From Oculina patagonica (Eukaryota): 64,000 nucleotides of DNA. The number at the start of each line of letters is the position of its first letter. The stretch's first letter is position 1. The position numbers were made by a program, and so were the translations under genes. The notes under the pieces were generated by a model that was not told the DNA's origin, searched no databases, and saw only the letters and a program-made list of their open reading frames with translations. The stretch covers positions 23,870,001 to 23,934,000 of the forward strand of contig NC_135768.1 of the NCBI RefSeq assembly GCF_052425735.1, written 5' to 3'. This document shows positions 32,439 to 46,361 of the stretch, one piece after another.

Positions 32439-34822
32439 AGAGCAAACTTAATCGAAACTTAAAGAAACGAGTGCGCAATTTTTGAGGGAACCGAGGAAAA
32501 AGCGCTGCACAAACGAGAGGTTTGTGAGGTAAATATGACACAGATAGTGCCGGACTTGGGACTAAGAAGTGCTTAAGCTTGACAGACAGCGGCCAGAACG
32601 GAGTCTGAACATTCGCTATTACAACACATCAGGTAACAGAAGCGAAGGATTCTTACGCGAACTGGGCCGAAATGAAATACTGGGCTTTTATTTATACTCG
32701 CGCTTGTAAGGGAATGGCGCGAATAGAGAGGCTGTGGACAGTGTAGCAATGCTTTCAGAATTTTGACAACTGGCCGTTTAACAGGGGGTGGCTGCTTAAT
32801 AGGGGTTCGACTGTAGTGTTTTTTTTTTTTTGGACTGGCTGGCATTGGCTACCATCTTGGAAGAGTAGAGATGGAGTCTGCTGGGGAGGGGCTATTACGG
32901 AGTACGTGGTTTATCAACACCCAAGTCACTTCCACATGCAGTGCTAATGTTTTTATTACTTTCAATCAAAAAAAATCGAAGTGCCCTTTAGGCTAACTTG
33001 TGTAACCGTGCGTATTAATTATTTTAATTTTTTTATTGCAACACAACTACTAACACTACAATACAATGCACAATGCATTACTTACAATACAATTACTTTT
33101 TTTGTGAGAAGGAAATAAAGTTAAAAAAGCAACGGTGACTTTTGCCACGCGATTTGTGTTACGATTGCAATCCAATATATGTATATAGTGCAAATAAACA
33201 CTTTACCTGATTTGTTTAGTTAAAATTAAGCTCTAAAAGATATGAAATTTTCTCTTGGGTTTTTGGTATTATGCATGTGTATTTTGGTTTCGTATGTACA
33301 ATGCTGAACCTTCTTAATTTGAATTCTCTTTCTTCAAGCCTAAATACGGTTTAATCAGCCGATAATTTTACTTATAAAATATCAGTTAAATCAAAAAGCA
33401 CCCATCCCCCCTGTGCATTTGTCTTTTCCGAAAATTGTTCGTCAAATTGCCCACTATATTTAATTTACAGTTTACATGGTTAAACGCCCCACTGGTTAGG
33501 GCTTCACAGAGCGTCAATTTCATCACCCTTTTTAAAGGAAAAGGTATAGCCTACAAAAATCAAAGAAAACTCCGATGTATACTTCTTGTCTATGTTGCAA
33601 ACTCTCCTATTAGGTAATCTGCGTAACGAGACTTTCTCAAAGAAGTTCGCTTCCCGTTTCTCGGTTTGGCATTCTTAGAACTGGTTTTTGCATGTGCAAA
33701 ACAGCGTAGTGAGACCTAAGCCATGCACGAGTCACGCCGGTCAAGCCAGTCACATAAAAGTTTCAATGTTTGCGAGATGACCGAGATCATTTGTTAATTT
33801 CACTCTACATGCCTAGAAAGATACTGGACTATACGGGTAGGCATAAAGGGTAGGGATTTCACGATTTAGAGTATACAAAAGCGTAACTGAAAACTGTCAT
33901 TCAGTTATATTTAAAATAACCTTTATAATTTTCTCGAACAGACCCACCGAACAGTCGATATATTCAAGGGTCTTCAAGTAAATGAGACTAGTTATGTAGT
34001 ATATACTCTGTAGGTATGTGAAAGCGGTACCATTTTCCTATTGAAGGTATACGAAAGGGTTACCTCGTCGGTAGAAAATTGTATATTAAAAGGTAATGGT
34101 TTTGACCTCAGAGCGGAGCCTCCCCATATGATATATAGCTCAGTTAAAAAAAAGAAATTACTTAATTACAGTGATATTAATATTGTACATGTATACGGAT
34201 CTTACTACTGTAATCTTACTACCTGACTGATACAAATTGAGATTTTAAAGGAAAGGGGGACTACTTTGTTAAAGCCCGTGAGGGTTTCTATAGTCTTCAT
34301 CCCAAGTAATTATATTGGTATACATTGCCATGTGCTTAAATCACTTCATGGGAAATAAACATTCATTCCTTCATGAATTTTTTTCGAGTACCTTCACCAT
34401 GGGTCTCTAGCCATGTAGCATGGGTTCGGCCGTCTCCTATTTCTCCACGCAATTGCACACACCTTTCTCAAGAAATACCTTATAAAAAATGTTGAAGAAA
34501 GAGTTTCCGAGCTTCTAGATTTCAAAATTTTCTGGTGGGCATGCCCCCAGAACCCCTAGCAAGCTCTCGCCTCGTCTATATGGCAAAGATCTGGTTACGC
34601 CTCTGCACAGGCTACCAGAGTACGGAGCTAGCCTTGGTTTAAAATCTGATTGGCTGTGCAGGTGGCGCGAGCTCGAGTATTTTGAACCAATCACATAACG
34701 TAAAGAAGGGAAACCATAGCAAATCCCATCGCGTCGTGGTTACTTTAAAATAATATACTGAATAATGTAGATTAGAAGTGAAATATACTTAACCACAGTT
34801 ATAAATATTACATACTAACATC

Positions 34823-35080
34823 AGGGCCGTAACTAGCAACAGGCAAGACGAGGCACTTGCATCGTCTAGATTTTTACCCAAAATTAAAAACAAAATATGT
34901 TTTGTTGGGAAAATAATCCGCATTTGAACAAGATTGATTTTTCTCAAGAAATACCTCATGAAAAGTGTCTCTAAAAGAGTTTCAGAGCTTCTAGATTTCA
35001 AAATTTTCTGGAGGGCATGCCCCCTGAGCCCCCTAGCAAGATCTTGCCTCGTCTATGGCAAAGGTCTGGTTACGGCCCAG
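34823..35080. mobile_element. hAT-like MITE with 7-8 bp TSD
   Basis: GGGCCGTAAC/GTTACGGCCC termini, CTAACATC at 34815-34822 and 35081-35088. Partial second copy at ~34465-34605. Confidence 0.75.
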
Positions 35081-35162
35081 CTAACATCGTTACTAAGCAA
35101 GTGTTCTCTTGTCGAATGTTTTGATTTTCCTTCATCAGTTGGACTAACGAGGTCCAAAGAAC

Positions 35163-38100
35163 TTAGAGTTTGGTTTTCACTTTCATCTCGGCGCGTTTTA
35201 GTGAATAGTGGTAACCTCTAAACGAATACCAGTTGACTCCTTTGGCATATAATGAATCTGATCCATTAAGATAGAGTCCGTTGAGATTAGCAGTGTGACA
35301 AGCCGTGTACCACCAGGCTCCCTTATACGCCTGAGCACAGCTGCTGCCACCCCACAGGTCATTGTCGTTATCTTTCGTAGAAAACTGCGCTGTAACACTA
35401 GCAGGAAAGTAAGAAATGTAGCAAAAGTTTATTTCCTTTCTGTTTCATGAGAACATAAGTTACGGTGTTAAATACGGAATAAAGCGACACCAAACCAGGC
35501 ACTATATACGGAAATCAGACAGACAGACAGACAGATAAGACAAACAGACAGACAGACAGATAAGTCAGACAGACAGACAGACAGACAGATAAGACAACTG
35601 ATAAGAAACTGCAGCTGCTGAGTACATACATCTTATTAACCAAGCGCGAGGGTCGTACTGGAAGAATATAGGCCCAAGGTCATGAGCAGAGGGGGACAGG
35701 GGGTCTGAACTTCCCGCTTCCGGTACATTTTTCTCCCACTTCCCGCCCCTTACCGTAGTGGTTCCCTCCTCTTTGTCCCATATCTATTGCAAAATATGAC
35801 GAAATGTTGCAACATTTTACTTGCTTCTCCCGGTTCCCGCCGCCTGAGAAATCCCGCTTCCCGCCCTCTCTTCTCACGCATCCCGCCCCTTTTCTCCCGC
35901 CCTCCTGTCGCCCGCCACTCGGGACCGAGCGCAGAGAGGTCCGTACAGAAAAGACCTGGGGACAACTTCTTCCCGTGCAATCCCGAGCAAGCTTAGTTAA
36001 TAAGAGATTTATTACACGACTGAAAAAAAGATATAGATATAAGCGGAAAGCGAAAAGGATAAAAAAATCGGGATTCCGACCGAGGACCCACGGGCTTGGT
36101 TAACAAGATGTATTTATATTTTCTCATTATTCAGCAAGATGCGGACCACAGAACCACTGATAATATGCGGGAACTTTACAACTGATTTCAAAGCCACTAT
36201 AAAATAATGTTAATTTAGCGTTAGCGTTGCCTTTGAGTTGCTTACTTTAACCATATCATCGAGTCGCCAGCCGTACCATTGTATCCTCCAATCAAAATCC
36301 GGTACTTATCTCCCTCGTCTGCCACCTTAAAAGTCGTGTACTCAGCATATGTGATGTTTCCATCAAAGTCTTCCAGGTCAACCCTCAGCATGACGGCATC
36401 AGCGGCAGTCAAACGGTGAAGATTGTCGTTTCCAAGCCAGAACTCGCCAATCAGGTCTCCAAACCCGTTTTTGTAGGACTCCCAATCGAGATAGAAGTCA
36501 ACAGAGCCGTCCAAACGCTTCTGAAAAACGGTCCAACCTCCACCGTCCGTGGTCATGTCACACAACACTTGTATTGATTTGCCGCCATCTGGATTAATGG
36601 TGTACACACCACTGGATGTGAAACCATCTTGAAGGAGTTGAGCACAGCTTTTCATGGGCTCTGTTAGTTGAGAAAAAATTCAGTTATGAAATAATTTCAA
36701 AATGTATTCCTGTTCAGCAAATGATAGTCTCCTTCCTACCCGTTTGGGCTTGTCACGCAACGCTCCCTCCCCCACCAACGACTGCGTGACGAGCCCCGTT
36801 GCGTGACGAGCTCAAACAACGGCTGCGAAGAAGGCTAAGCAAATGATTGTACTTACTGCAAGGTTTTCCAGTATATCCATCGTTACACTTGCATTGTACG
36901 CTGTCATCTTGGTAGTTGGGAATGCAGATTTCTTTGTCGCCGCAAGGAGAGATGTTAGTCACACAGGAGCTCTGTTTAAAAAATAAGAATGTTATGTCAG
37001 TTTTGCTGCAATGGCTGAGATGCTTTGGTCGGCCAAGAAAAGCTCTCAAGGAATTGACTTACTATCTAAAGATAAAACCTTCTTGATTTTCTTCCTAATT
37101 TTGTCTCTTCTGGAGTGATATACCCGATACTAGTAGTATTTTGATAAAAGAGCTGTGTTTCAGTCCTACAGCAACGCAGCTACACCAGGCGTAGTCAATC
37201 GATAGAAATCGATATCGGAAATCAATCGATACAATCGATATCTATCGATATCAATCGGTGATTGATATCGATTGAAATCGGTAATCGATAACAATCGAAC
37301 TCACAGAAAAAAATTATTATCGATTGTTATCGATTGAGAAAATCGATAATAATCGATAGCAATCGACAGTAATCGATAACAATCACTAATCCCAAGGAGC
37401 CTCTGAAGGTGTATTCGTTTGAAACATATTCTAAAGATGGCGTTACTATTTAGTAAAACAATATGAGACCGGCGTTCAAATGGTAAAACATTTTATTAAT
37501 TCAGCATCTAGTCCTGCCGAAGTCGAGCCTGGGGTCCAAGCAGAATGTTCATCAAGATTCTCGTGGTTTGGGGTTTTTAAAATATTTTAACTAGTCTATT
37601 CAACCCAGGTAGCACTCAGAGCGCTGTCGATTGCATCTCCATAATATGACGTTCTTGCGTTGGTGAAAGTTCAACTCGATCCTATATATGCACGGACATT
37701 GTAGCCCTCCCGAACAATTCCATCTTTTTGCTTCATACCATGTATTTATGATGTTGTTATAGCGAGACTAGAGGGTTGCGCACCGCTACTTTGGTCGCAA
37801 CTTCTTCTAATATTGAATCGCGCTGGAGATCAATATTGTTCTTGTTCTTTTTATAGTACAAGCTTAGCAATATTTGCATTACATATCCACGATTGAAGGA
37901 CTCAATAGACCCGTAAAACAATATTGTGTCCATGTTTAACATGTAGGAATTGACATAAATAACTTCCGATAAAAATCGGTAACAATCAATAATAATCGAT
38001 AAACCAATCCTTATCGACTTCCGATGTCAATCGAACTCACAACTTTTTTTCTTTATCGATTCCTATCGAGTGGTATCGAGTGCTATTGATTGTTATCGAT

Positions 38101-39595
38101 TATCGGTTTATCGATTGACTACGCCTGGAGCTACACAATGAAAATAAATTTGCATTCAAATTTTATTTCAAAAGCGATCTCGATCCTCTTTTCTCTTTCT
38201 CAAGATTTTATTTCTTTCTCACAAGAGTTAACTAAAAGTATCTTATAACATTCGCAATTTGTTGTTTTCTCTACAGTTTTCATTTATCAGAACTAGTCCT
38301 TGTGCAACTTATTTTTCATCAGTGAAATTCAATAGCACTCTGAGAAAAGAACGCGACTGATCTATGGCATTAAATTTATACTGACGTACGCAGCATTTCT
38401 TGCATTTCATTGGCTGATGTTATAAGGCTAGGGCGTTGACACATTTTCACGGGTGGCGTAAAATGTTTGCGAAACTTTATGCTAGCCAAGAAAAGTGACT
38501 TGTTTTTCTTAACGAATATTCTCTATTAAAACGATTAGGTAGATTTTCCGTAATTCCGTGAAATTTGCTCAAAATGTTTCTTGGATAATGAGAAAAAATA
38601 TCAAAATTAAATCGGGATACTTTGAAATTTAGAAGTTGACGATTTTGATGACATTGCGCAGTTATTTCGCTTTCAGTTAAAGCACTAGAAAAATTGCTGA
38701 ATAACCTTTGGTCGTTTTGAAGTATCAGTCAGGTTCGCTCGCTTAAAAATAAAAAAAGTCATTTACATGTAAAACTTTGTCCAGTTTTGCATTTTATAAA
38801 ACATTCTTCTAGTGCTATATACCGGTAGTTTGTCAAGGTTTCCAGTTTGCAACAGCGTGTATTTTTTTCCCAATGAAAACCATCGAAGGTATTTATTATT
38901 AAATTTTTGAAGTACCTCGGCTCAATAAAACGCATATTAAAAGTTCACATTAGTGATAATTTTAAAAGCCAAAAAAAATTTTTTTTTCACGCTTTATGAA
39001 TCGGCTTAGGTACAAAAACGCAAGCCAAAACAAAACAAATTCGCGACAGACTGTTCCGTACTGCTGTAAGAGGCTTTGAAAAGATTGCGTCTTGTTTCGC
39101 TAAGTCAAAACTAATTCGGAGTTTTACCAATTTGCGATATTAGTAGAAGATTGCAGAACACAAATATAAGGGAGGTACAAAACTTCTGGTTAACTAAGGA
39201 ATTGAGAATAATACAAGGTAATAAATAATACTGCTAAAATTTCATTTCTATACCTGTAGTCCTCTGTAAATGTAGTCTTTATCCTCTGTGAAGTTCACAA
39301 AGCCAGAAAATCGATCAGAGTTGCTAAGTTGGCACAAGTATCCTGTCTTGGCATTTTTCTCTGTGATATTGGTGACATTTATGGGTCCAAAGTTGTAAGA
39401 GAAACATTTCTCCTCGAGGACGCACTCAAACTGACAAGAGCTCTCCGAATCTACTGCTATTTCTTTTATCATGCTTCCATTAAGCTTATGGCCTGGCATT
39501 GCGCTTGCAAAGTTGACAGCTTGTAAATCTGGCTCTGAAATACGGCTTATGCCGTATACAGTCGCACAGACAAGAGTAAGTATCCACACATGCAT
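35163..39595 (-). CDS. Secreted fibrinogen-related protein (signal peptide-PAN/apple-EGF-FReD), 4 exons, 368 aa
   Basis: Exons 39254-39595, 36857-36971, 36246-36660, 35163-35397, all GT-AG with compatible phases (0,1,2). Motifs [51 protein letters not shown]. Confidence 0.93.
35515..35600. repeat. (CAGA)n microsatellite
   Basis: Read directly from sequence. Confidence 0.85.
36725..36837. mobile_element. 113-bp TAG..CTA mini-element with 9-bp TSD (AcademH-like)
   Basis: AGCAAATGA at 36716-36724 and 36838-36846. Internal IR GTCACGCAACG/CGTTGCGTGAC. Confidence 0.85.
37185..38128. mobile_element. Non-autonomous TIR element with ATCGAT subterminal repeats (hAT/P-like)
   Basis: TIR CCAGGCGTAGTCAATCGATA, flanking direct repeat AGCTACA(C). 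Confidence 0.88.
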
Positions 39596-40518
39596 GTTCG
39601 GTCTTCTTCACAGAGAAATGTTTTAGATAAGTGCGAAATGTGACTATGTGTCAAGTTAGGTGGAATAAGGGCTAAAATAGCAGGTGTACAGGAAGTGTTA
39701 GGCAGTAGCACTAAATAACAAAACTTATATATGTCATATATAAGTTTTGTTATGTTATATGTTATATATATCGAATGTCGATTCAAGTTTAGTTAACCAT
39801 GACGGGTCGTCTCAAGATAAGTTTGCAAATAGCTTGTTGTAGACTGGTTATAGGCTGTCACTTGTTTTCAATTTCAAATGTTTTATTTTATTTTGTTTCT
39901 ATTTTATAATATTTTACTGTATTCACTTATAAAATTTCCTTCCAGGGTTGGCTTAATGTAGCAAATCGTAATAAAATAATAAAAAAAAATAAAATGAAAT
40001 TTAAACTCCAAAGCACGCTTATCATCTTTCACAGTTTGCCATTGTTTAATTTTAATGATATGTTTTTGCCACGAGCATGTTCCCTCACAATAAATACTTA
40101 AATTTAAGTTAAACATGAAAAAATGACAGTTCAAGAAGTGTGTTGCCGATATGAAATATATATTTTTGACTTAAAAAAATATATTTTTACAAACATAATA
40201 TTTTCCGAGGGTTAAGAAGGACTAATTATGCAAAAATGGTAGGTGGAACAAGGAAATGATTAATTATTAATACGATATATAGCTACGAAACGGAATAGGG
40301 CTTGTTTATTTTTCTTTCCCTCTTTTTCATTAGAAAAGGCTTATTTTTTGTTATTTTGTTAATAGCATTAATTTTGTTATAAAGCTTATTAATGCTGTAT
40401 CAGAGTTCTAAATTCAACGTTTTGGCCTAAATCGAAATATTTTGTTTATAGGTGTTATTTCCAGATTAAACCTATTTACAACAGTAAATATTAATTATTC
40501 AAGAGCACTAATGGACAA

Positions 40519-40840
40519 ATATTTTTAAAAACACAACAACGCTTTTCAGTGTTCGGAACATGTTTCGATGTTTCAAACATCATCATCAGCCAAAATGAAT
40601 ATATAAGGTTTACAGAATGATCGTTATTATATAAGTAACAGCCTATACAATGAGCTTTAAAAATTCAAATTAACGTAAAATGCAAACTTATTTAAACTAA
40701 CCAATAAAAATATAGAAAAGAACAATAGTGAAAACCCACTAAGCTATATATTCTATATTTTTCGAAACATGTTCCGAAAACTGAAAAGCGTTGTTGTGTT
40801 TTTAAAAATATTTGCAACACTTGTGCTATCAAGACCATTT
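40519..40840. mobile_element. Inverted Penelope-like terminal-repeat insertion
   Basis: 53-bp inverted arms 40516-40568/40762-40814, a 26-nt extension on one side, 12-bp flanking direct repeat ACTAATGGACAA, hammerhead inside. Confidence 0.75.
40551..40595 (-). ncRNA. Minimal type I hammerhead ribozyme
   Basis: TTTGG-CTGATGA-T-GATGTT(TGA)AACATC-GAAA-CATG-TT-CCGAA: intact core, 6-bp helix II, palindromic CATG loop. Confidence 0.82.
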
Positions 40841-41052
40841 ACTAATGGACAACAAATAACGGCAAGCCATAATAGAAAACAGGGGAGGAGCTTAATTTAA
40901 ATTGCTCGAAGTTGTTATTCAGTAATGGAGTCATACGGGTGCATTTGAGTTAATCAATTGTTCACTTTTTTGCCAGGGGTGGGGATGGGCATTCTCGCTC
41001 TTGCTTCTGCTCTTGCTTTTACTCACCCTTCGAACTTCAAACCCTGCCCAAC

Positions 41053-41410
41053 AGGTAAGGTAAGGTAAAGTCTGTGTCCGAGCCAAGTGGCCCATACAGC
41101 CGGAGCTAGACTGTCCACAGCCTCTCGATTTTTCAACGCAAAAAAGCAAACGAGGCGAGCGCAAAAGGGGACGGGGGGAAGCGAGCCAAGCGAGCGAAAG
41201 AAAAAAAAAAATTTCGCTCCCCGCCCCCCACCCCCTTGCTTCTTCCGTTTTGCGCTGGCGTCCAGTTCTCTCGCCATTCTCACCGCGCGCTCATCGATCG
41301 AAAAAAACACGAAAAAATAGAGGGCTGTGGACAGTCTAAGCCGGAGCTTATCCCGGTTTCCGTAGCATTAAGACCATTAAGCGACTAAGAGTACTGCTAC
41401 TCTCCCTCCC
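41053..41410 (-). mobile_element. 3' part of a SINE with (CTTAC)n tail, interrupted by a MITE
   Basis: GAGCCAAGTGGCCCAT...GCCGGAGCTTATCCCGG...GCGACTA...CTACTC matches 45078-45160. Confidence 0.7.
41107..41338. mobile_element. TAG..CTA MITE with 9-bp TSD (AcademH-like)
   Basis: TIR TAGACTGTCCACAGCC/GGCTGTGGACAGTCTA, AGCCGGAGC at 41098-41106 and 41339-41347. Confidence 0.9.
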
Positions 41411-41977
41411 CCCCCCCCCACCCCAAAACCAAAACCGAAAAATGTGAAGTTTCCGGTCTCAAAAATGACGAATACCGTAAAACCGAAAGTCCTTTAATAT
41501 AGTAAACGTAAACTGAAATTGAAAAGCAGAGAAACCGATTAGATCTCTCAGTTGATCCAACGTATACCGGTAGGAGATCGTAGACGGTTTGCTTGCTTGA
41601 ACTTTTAATATAGTCCCCGTCCATAAAGAGCGGATATAATTTTTTAAAAAAGATTTTTTTTTTTTTACAAAAAAAAAAAAATGAACTGCTGCATGCTTAA
41701 TGTCTTTTGTATTCCCTGGCGATTGTTTCCGGTGTAGGGTCGGGATTCGAGCTCGGGACGGGATGTCGGGATCATTTCGGCGGGATTTTGGCGGGCTCGG
41801 TCATTCCCAGGGTTTTCCGCGGTCAAAGGCTCGAGAGGCTTGGCTGCTTTTGTGATCATCACTCGAGGCGACAAGTTAGTGAAGAAATGTGTGAATAATC
41901 GTGTTAAATTTATTGGACTTGGATAGTTCGCTCTTTCAAATACTCACTTGGAACGGCTGGAAGTGTAGCTGCTTACG

Positions 41978-44900
41978 ATGGCAAACAGATTCAGACAGTT
42001 TCGCTTGCTCTTATGGAAGAATTTTCTGCTTCAGGTAAAGCGGAAGTTATAAAACTTACAGTGAAATCGCAAGTTTGATGGTATTTTGGATGGGCAAAAA
42101 TAAGCATTTACATAGAAAAGCTACTCAAATTGTGGACTCCCGTACAGATATAAAATAGCAAATTGAATTGGAAGTCAGCGTACGGGTACAGTTTTGTTTG
42201 GAGGCGATCGACGGTCCGCCAGCGGCCAGCTGGTTGGAAGGAATAGTCTAAATGCCGACCTACATGTAAAGGCAAAATAGCCCTAAATTATCCTTGCTTT
42301 GATCATTCATGTTGTGGAGCAGGGATCGGGAGAACCGTGAAGTGGTGAGGACACTGGCCTCCCACCAATATAGCCCGTGTTCGATTCTCGTACCCGGCGT
42401 CATATGCGGGTCGTGTTTGTTGTTGATTCTCGTCCTTGCTCCAAGGGTTTTTCCGAGTTCTCCGGTTTTCCTCCCTCACCCCCCTCCCCCCCCCCCCCAA
42501 AAAAAAACCCAACAAAAACAACACTTCCAAATTCAAATTCGATCTGGAATACACGACCCTACACGAACAAGAACATGAACTAAATTCCAATAATTATTCG
42601 ATCGGGAATAGTGGATGAAGTGCTACTGGAAAATTCCACAGTGACTGCAAACTCCAATTTATTTATTTTTACTAATTTATTTTAATTTATTTTAACAGAA
42701 ACGAAGACCGATTGGTACAGCATTTGAGATTGGTATACCCATAGTTGTGATGGGAATACTTATGTTGGTTCCACTGTAAGTAAGATTTACCAGTAGGGTC
42801 ATTCCATTTTATATCCACGGTCATCCAGTTTATTTTTCAACAAATGCACACTGCCCATATATGGTCAAAATGTTATTGATATCTGTCATTGGCATATAAC
42901 AGATATCCTGCAATATACATAGGATGGGAAGATTAACCCGAAGCCTTGTAAAGCGCTGCATAATTACATTTTTTTTTAACTGCAAAATGTTATACATTGA
43001 CAATTTGTTTCAAGAATAATAAAACAATTATCCTGTTTAATCTTGCGGAATATCGTCTGATTTTAGCAGACTCTGCCTACAGTGCTGTAAGTATCAGGCG
43101 ATATTCCATGGGATTTCACAGGATACAGTAATTGTTAAATATCTGTACCCCCTTACCCCCCTCCCCCCCTCCCTCCAACCCCCAACAAACACAATATCTC
43201 TGAAGGGGCTTTGATAGTCGTTTGCTCCAATACGTGTATTTCTGAAGGGGCTAGGAATTTTTTTTCTGAGTAGGTTAAGAAAAAGTAGGCTATTTCTGAG
43301 GGCAGTGCATCATGTTGGCACTTTGATCTTTTTTTACAAGAGTAGGGAAGTTTTGATTTATCTCATCCACACAGGGGGGCTGTAAAATGGCATTACTCGT
43401 AGATATAAGTTCACACAATTGAATTAAGGTACATGTATGTCAGTGAAACCACAAATGCCTACTCAAGGCCAGGTTTGCAGTTGGTCTCTGGGTAATTTTT
43501 CTTTTACTTTGTTTTTTTTTTGGTATGCACATGTGGTTGCCATGTATATATTAGATACTAGCTGGCTTTACAAGTACACATCAGTGTATTAACTGCATGT
43601 TTGAATCTTGAGCTGAGGTTTAAAATTTATCATGTTTTTTTAGGACAGCACCTAATGCACGTCAGGATCACTGTTTTTGTAAGTATTACTCAAGATCAAT
43701 AAATTATAAAATATACTTTACTGACCAGTACACATGCACATGTATTTCAATACATTATTGAATCGACTTACGGGTTCAATTTTCAAATAATCGATTCAGT
43801 AATGTACTCTTGGGGGGTATGCTTCTCTTGGCGCAACTGTAATAATTATTGTCTGGACTGAGACTTTTTTCATGTCTTTCCTTGGCCTTCATTTCCTGTT
43901 TGTTTCCTGTCTGTTTCTGGTGAAAACACCAGGGCTTTAAATTACCAAAAAAGCAAGCAGTTGTTTAATTGTACTTGCCTAGAGCAGTTGCCTGCTTGTC
44001 TCGGTTTATTTTTTTTATGATTTATTGGCCGGAAATGACTTGCTTGGGTCATTGCTTACTGGGAAAGTGAGCATGAAAAGTTAGACAGTTGCAATTGCCC
44101 AGCAGAAAATTCCACATGTTCTTGTCCCAGACAACTGTACAAAATAAATCTATGTTACTGTACATGTGTTGATATTTGGCAAAAGCTAATTAAAGTACAG
44201 TAGCTTGCTTCTTCTAGTTTAAAAAATAATAATCAGGGGCTGGGTCACTGTATTCTTTACTAGTAGGTAATTCTATTAATTTTTGTTAATTTCATGTAAG
44301 AGCTCTAAACTTCAAATGGGCAGAGCAAAAGTCTTTATATTATTGTTGAAATCATGGCCACGTAACAAACAAGCATGATTTTTGAGCGTTGTGAATGTCA
44401 CTTTCATATTGAGATAAACTTGAAACAAGTCGGGCCAATGTTTTAAATGATAACCCAAAAGCAATTCATTTAATCTTCTCGAATTTTGCCCAACCAGACA
44501 TGTATATGCCCCTTTTGCACTTTCTGTGTTTCTTTTGAGTTCTTCACTTTAAGCCATTAATGCGATACATGTATTTCAATTAATTCTATGACCAGTTGGT
44601 CAGTGCTGATATTGCCTAAAATTGTGTGACATATAGCCCCTTTAAAATGCTATTCTGAGCTAAACTAGTCTACATGAATTCTGCATTTTAATATCACTAC
44701 TTGCCTTGCAGCATCATTTAAGACAGAAGATATTGATTATGCGAATATGGACGATCAGGGTTTACCAACTAGAATAGCATTCTATCCAGAAACTAAAACA
44801 GGTATTCTACATAATAACCAGCTTATTACATGTACAGTATTTTCAGTTGGCATTCCAGTTTACTGCTTCATACTCTCCTTTTGAGACCCACCCACCCCCC

Positions 44901-46325
44901 CTCCCCCATCCTTGGAATTTCCAATGATCATCCATGGGGGAGGACTGATATGGGCATTTTCTGGAACCGCACGTTTTGGATAAATGGAGGTGTATACCCA
45001 GATGAATTGTTTAATTGGCATGTAAAAGTCAAGAGATGTTCTTATGCAATTACGTTTGCATGTCAAAGAGGAAAGCCTCAAGCCAAGTGGCCCATAATGC
45101 CAGAGCTTATCCAGGCAGTTTCACTAGCTTTAAGTGGCTAGCAATATTCTACTCCCCCCTGGATGGCATGCTAGACCATCACAGGGTACCCCTCAGCATT
45201 TTTTCGCCGACACCCATTTATACACCTGGGTGGAAAGAGGCACTATGAGAGTAAAGTGTCTTGCCCAAGAACACAACACAGAGACCCCAGCCAGGGCTCG
45301 GACCCAGACCATTCGATCCAGAGTCCAGCGTGCTACCCATTAGGCCACCACGCCTTCCCAAGCAATGTCATTAAGACCCTGACAAAATCTCAGGGCTTCA
45401 GCAAGAACCCCTGAGGCCAGAAATGAGGCCCGAAACTTGAAGAGGGTTGGATGCATTTATGTTCGGCTTAGCAGCTTCAAAGGACTGCTAGTAGCAATAG
45501 TGCAAACACAAATACTGCAAGGATCATCTCAGTCTTCACTTTACATTTTTCTATTTTGTTCCCATAGTGATGGAGTTGATGGCAAAAGTAGAGAACATGA
45601 CTGGCTTGACAGCAGTGAGTCGAAGTGTTACAACTGGAAAGAAATGGGCATCTGGTGCTGCCATGGCTGTGGAGGTAACTGAGAACAGAGACAAGTATCG
45701 AGGAGGTTGGTTCTGCAAACAGTAGGCGACAAAATAATATAAATTATTAGAAAGAGATCATCACTATTGTTCTTTTGCATTGTGTGTTTCATGCATTGTT
45801 TGCTAGCTGGGAACACATTTATAAACATAGATATGGTATAATCAAAGCACGCCTAAATATCTGACCAGCCCGAGTGTGTAATACTGTAATTGGAGAATAT
45901 TGAGAACTCAGTTAAAGGCTGATTGCATAAATATGATTGATAATAATATTATAGATCGATCGTAAACAATACCATGACTTACCTTCTTGCTAACATCTCA
46001 GTCTGATCTCCCTGAGATTGGGGATTGGGGAAGGGGGTAGGGGCAGGGGGTGGGAACCTGGGTGGCAAGAACCCTAGGGGAGCAAGAGAAGAGTGAAGAG
46101 GAGGTGGGATTCCCAAGGTGGGGGAACTGGGAGAAAAATGCTGGAAACGTTTGCATTGCTACATGTAATTAAAAAATATTTTGTCGTACATGTAATTTTA
46201 ATTACAAAACGCACTTAAGAGACAGGAACCACTAGCCTAATTTACTGGACAGAGTACAGCACATAGGAAGTTCGGTACCACCACCCTTCTTCTTCCTCCC
46301 ACCCTGACCCCCTCCCCCCTCCCCA

Positions 46326-46361
<36 letters not shown>

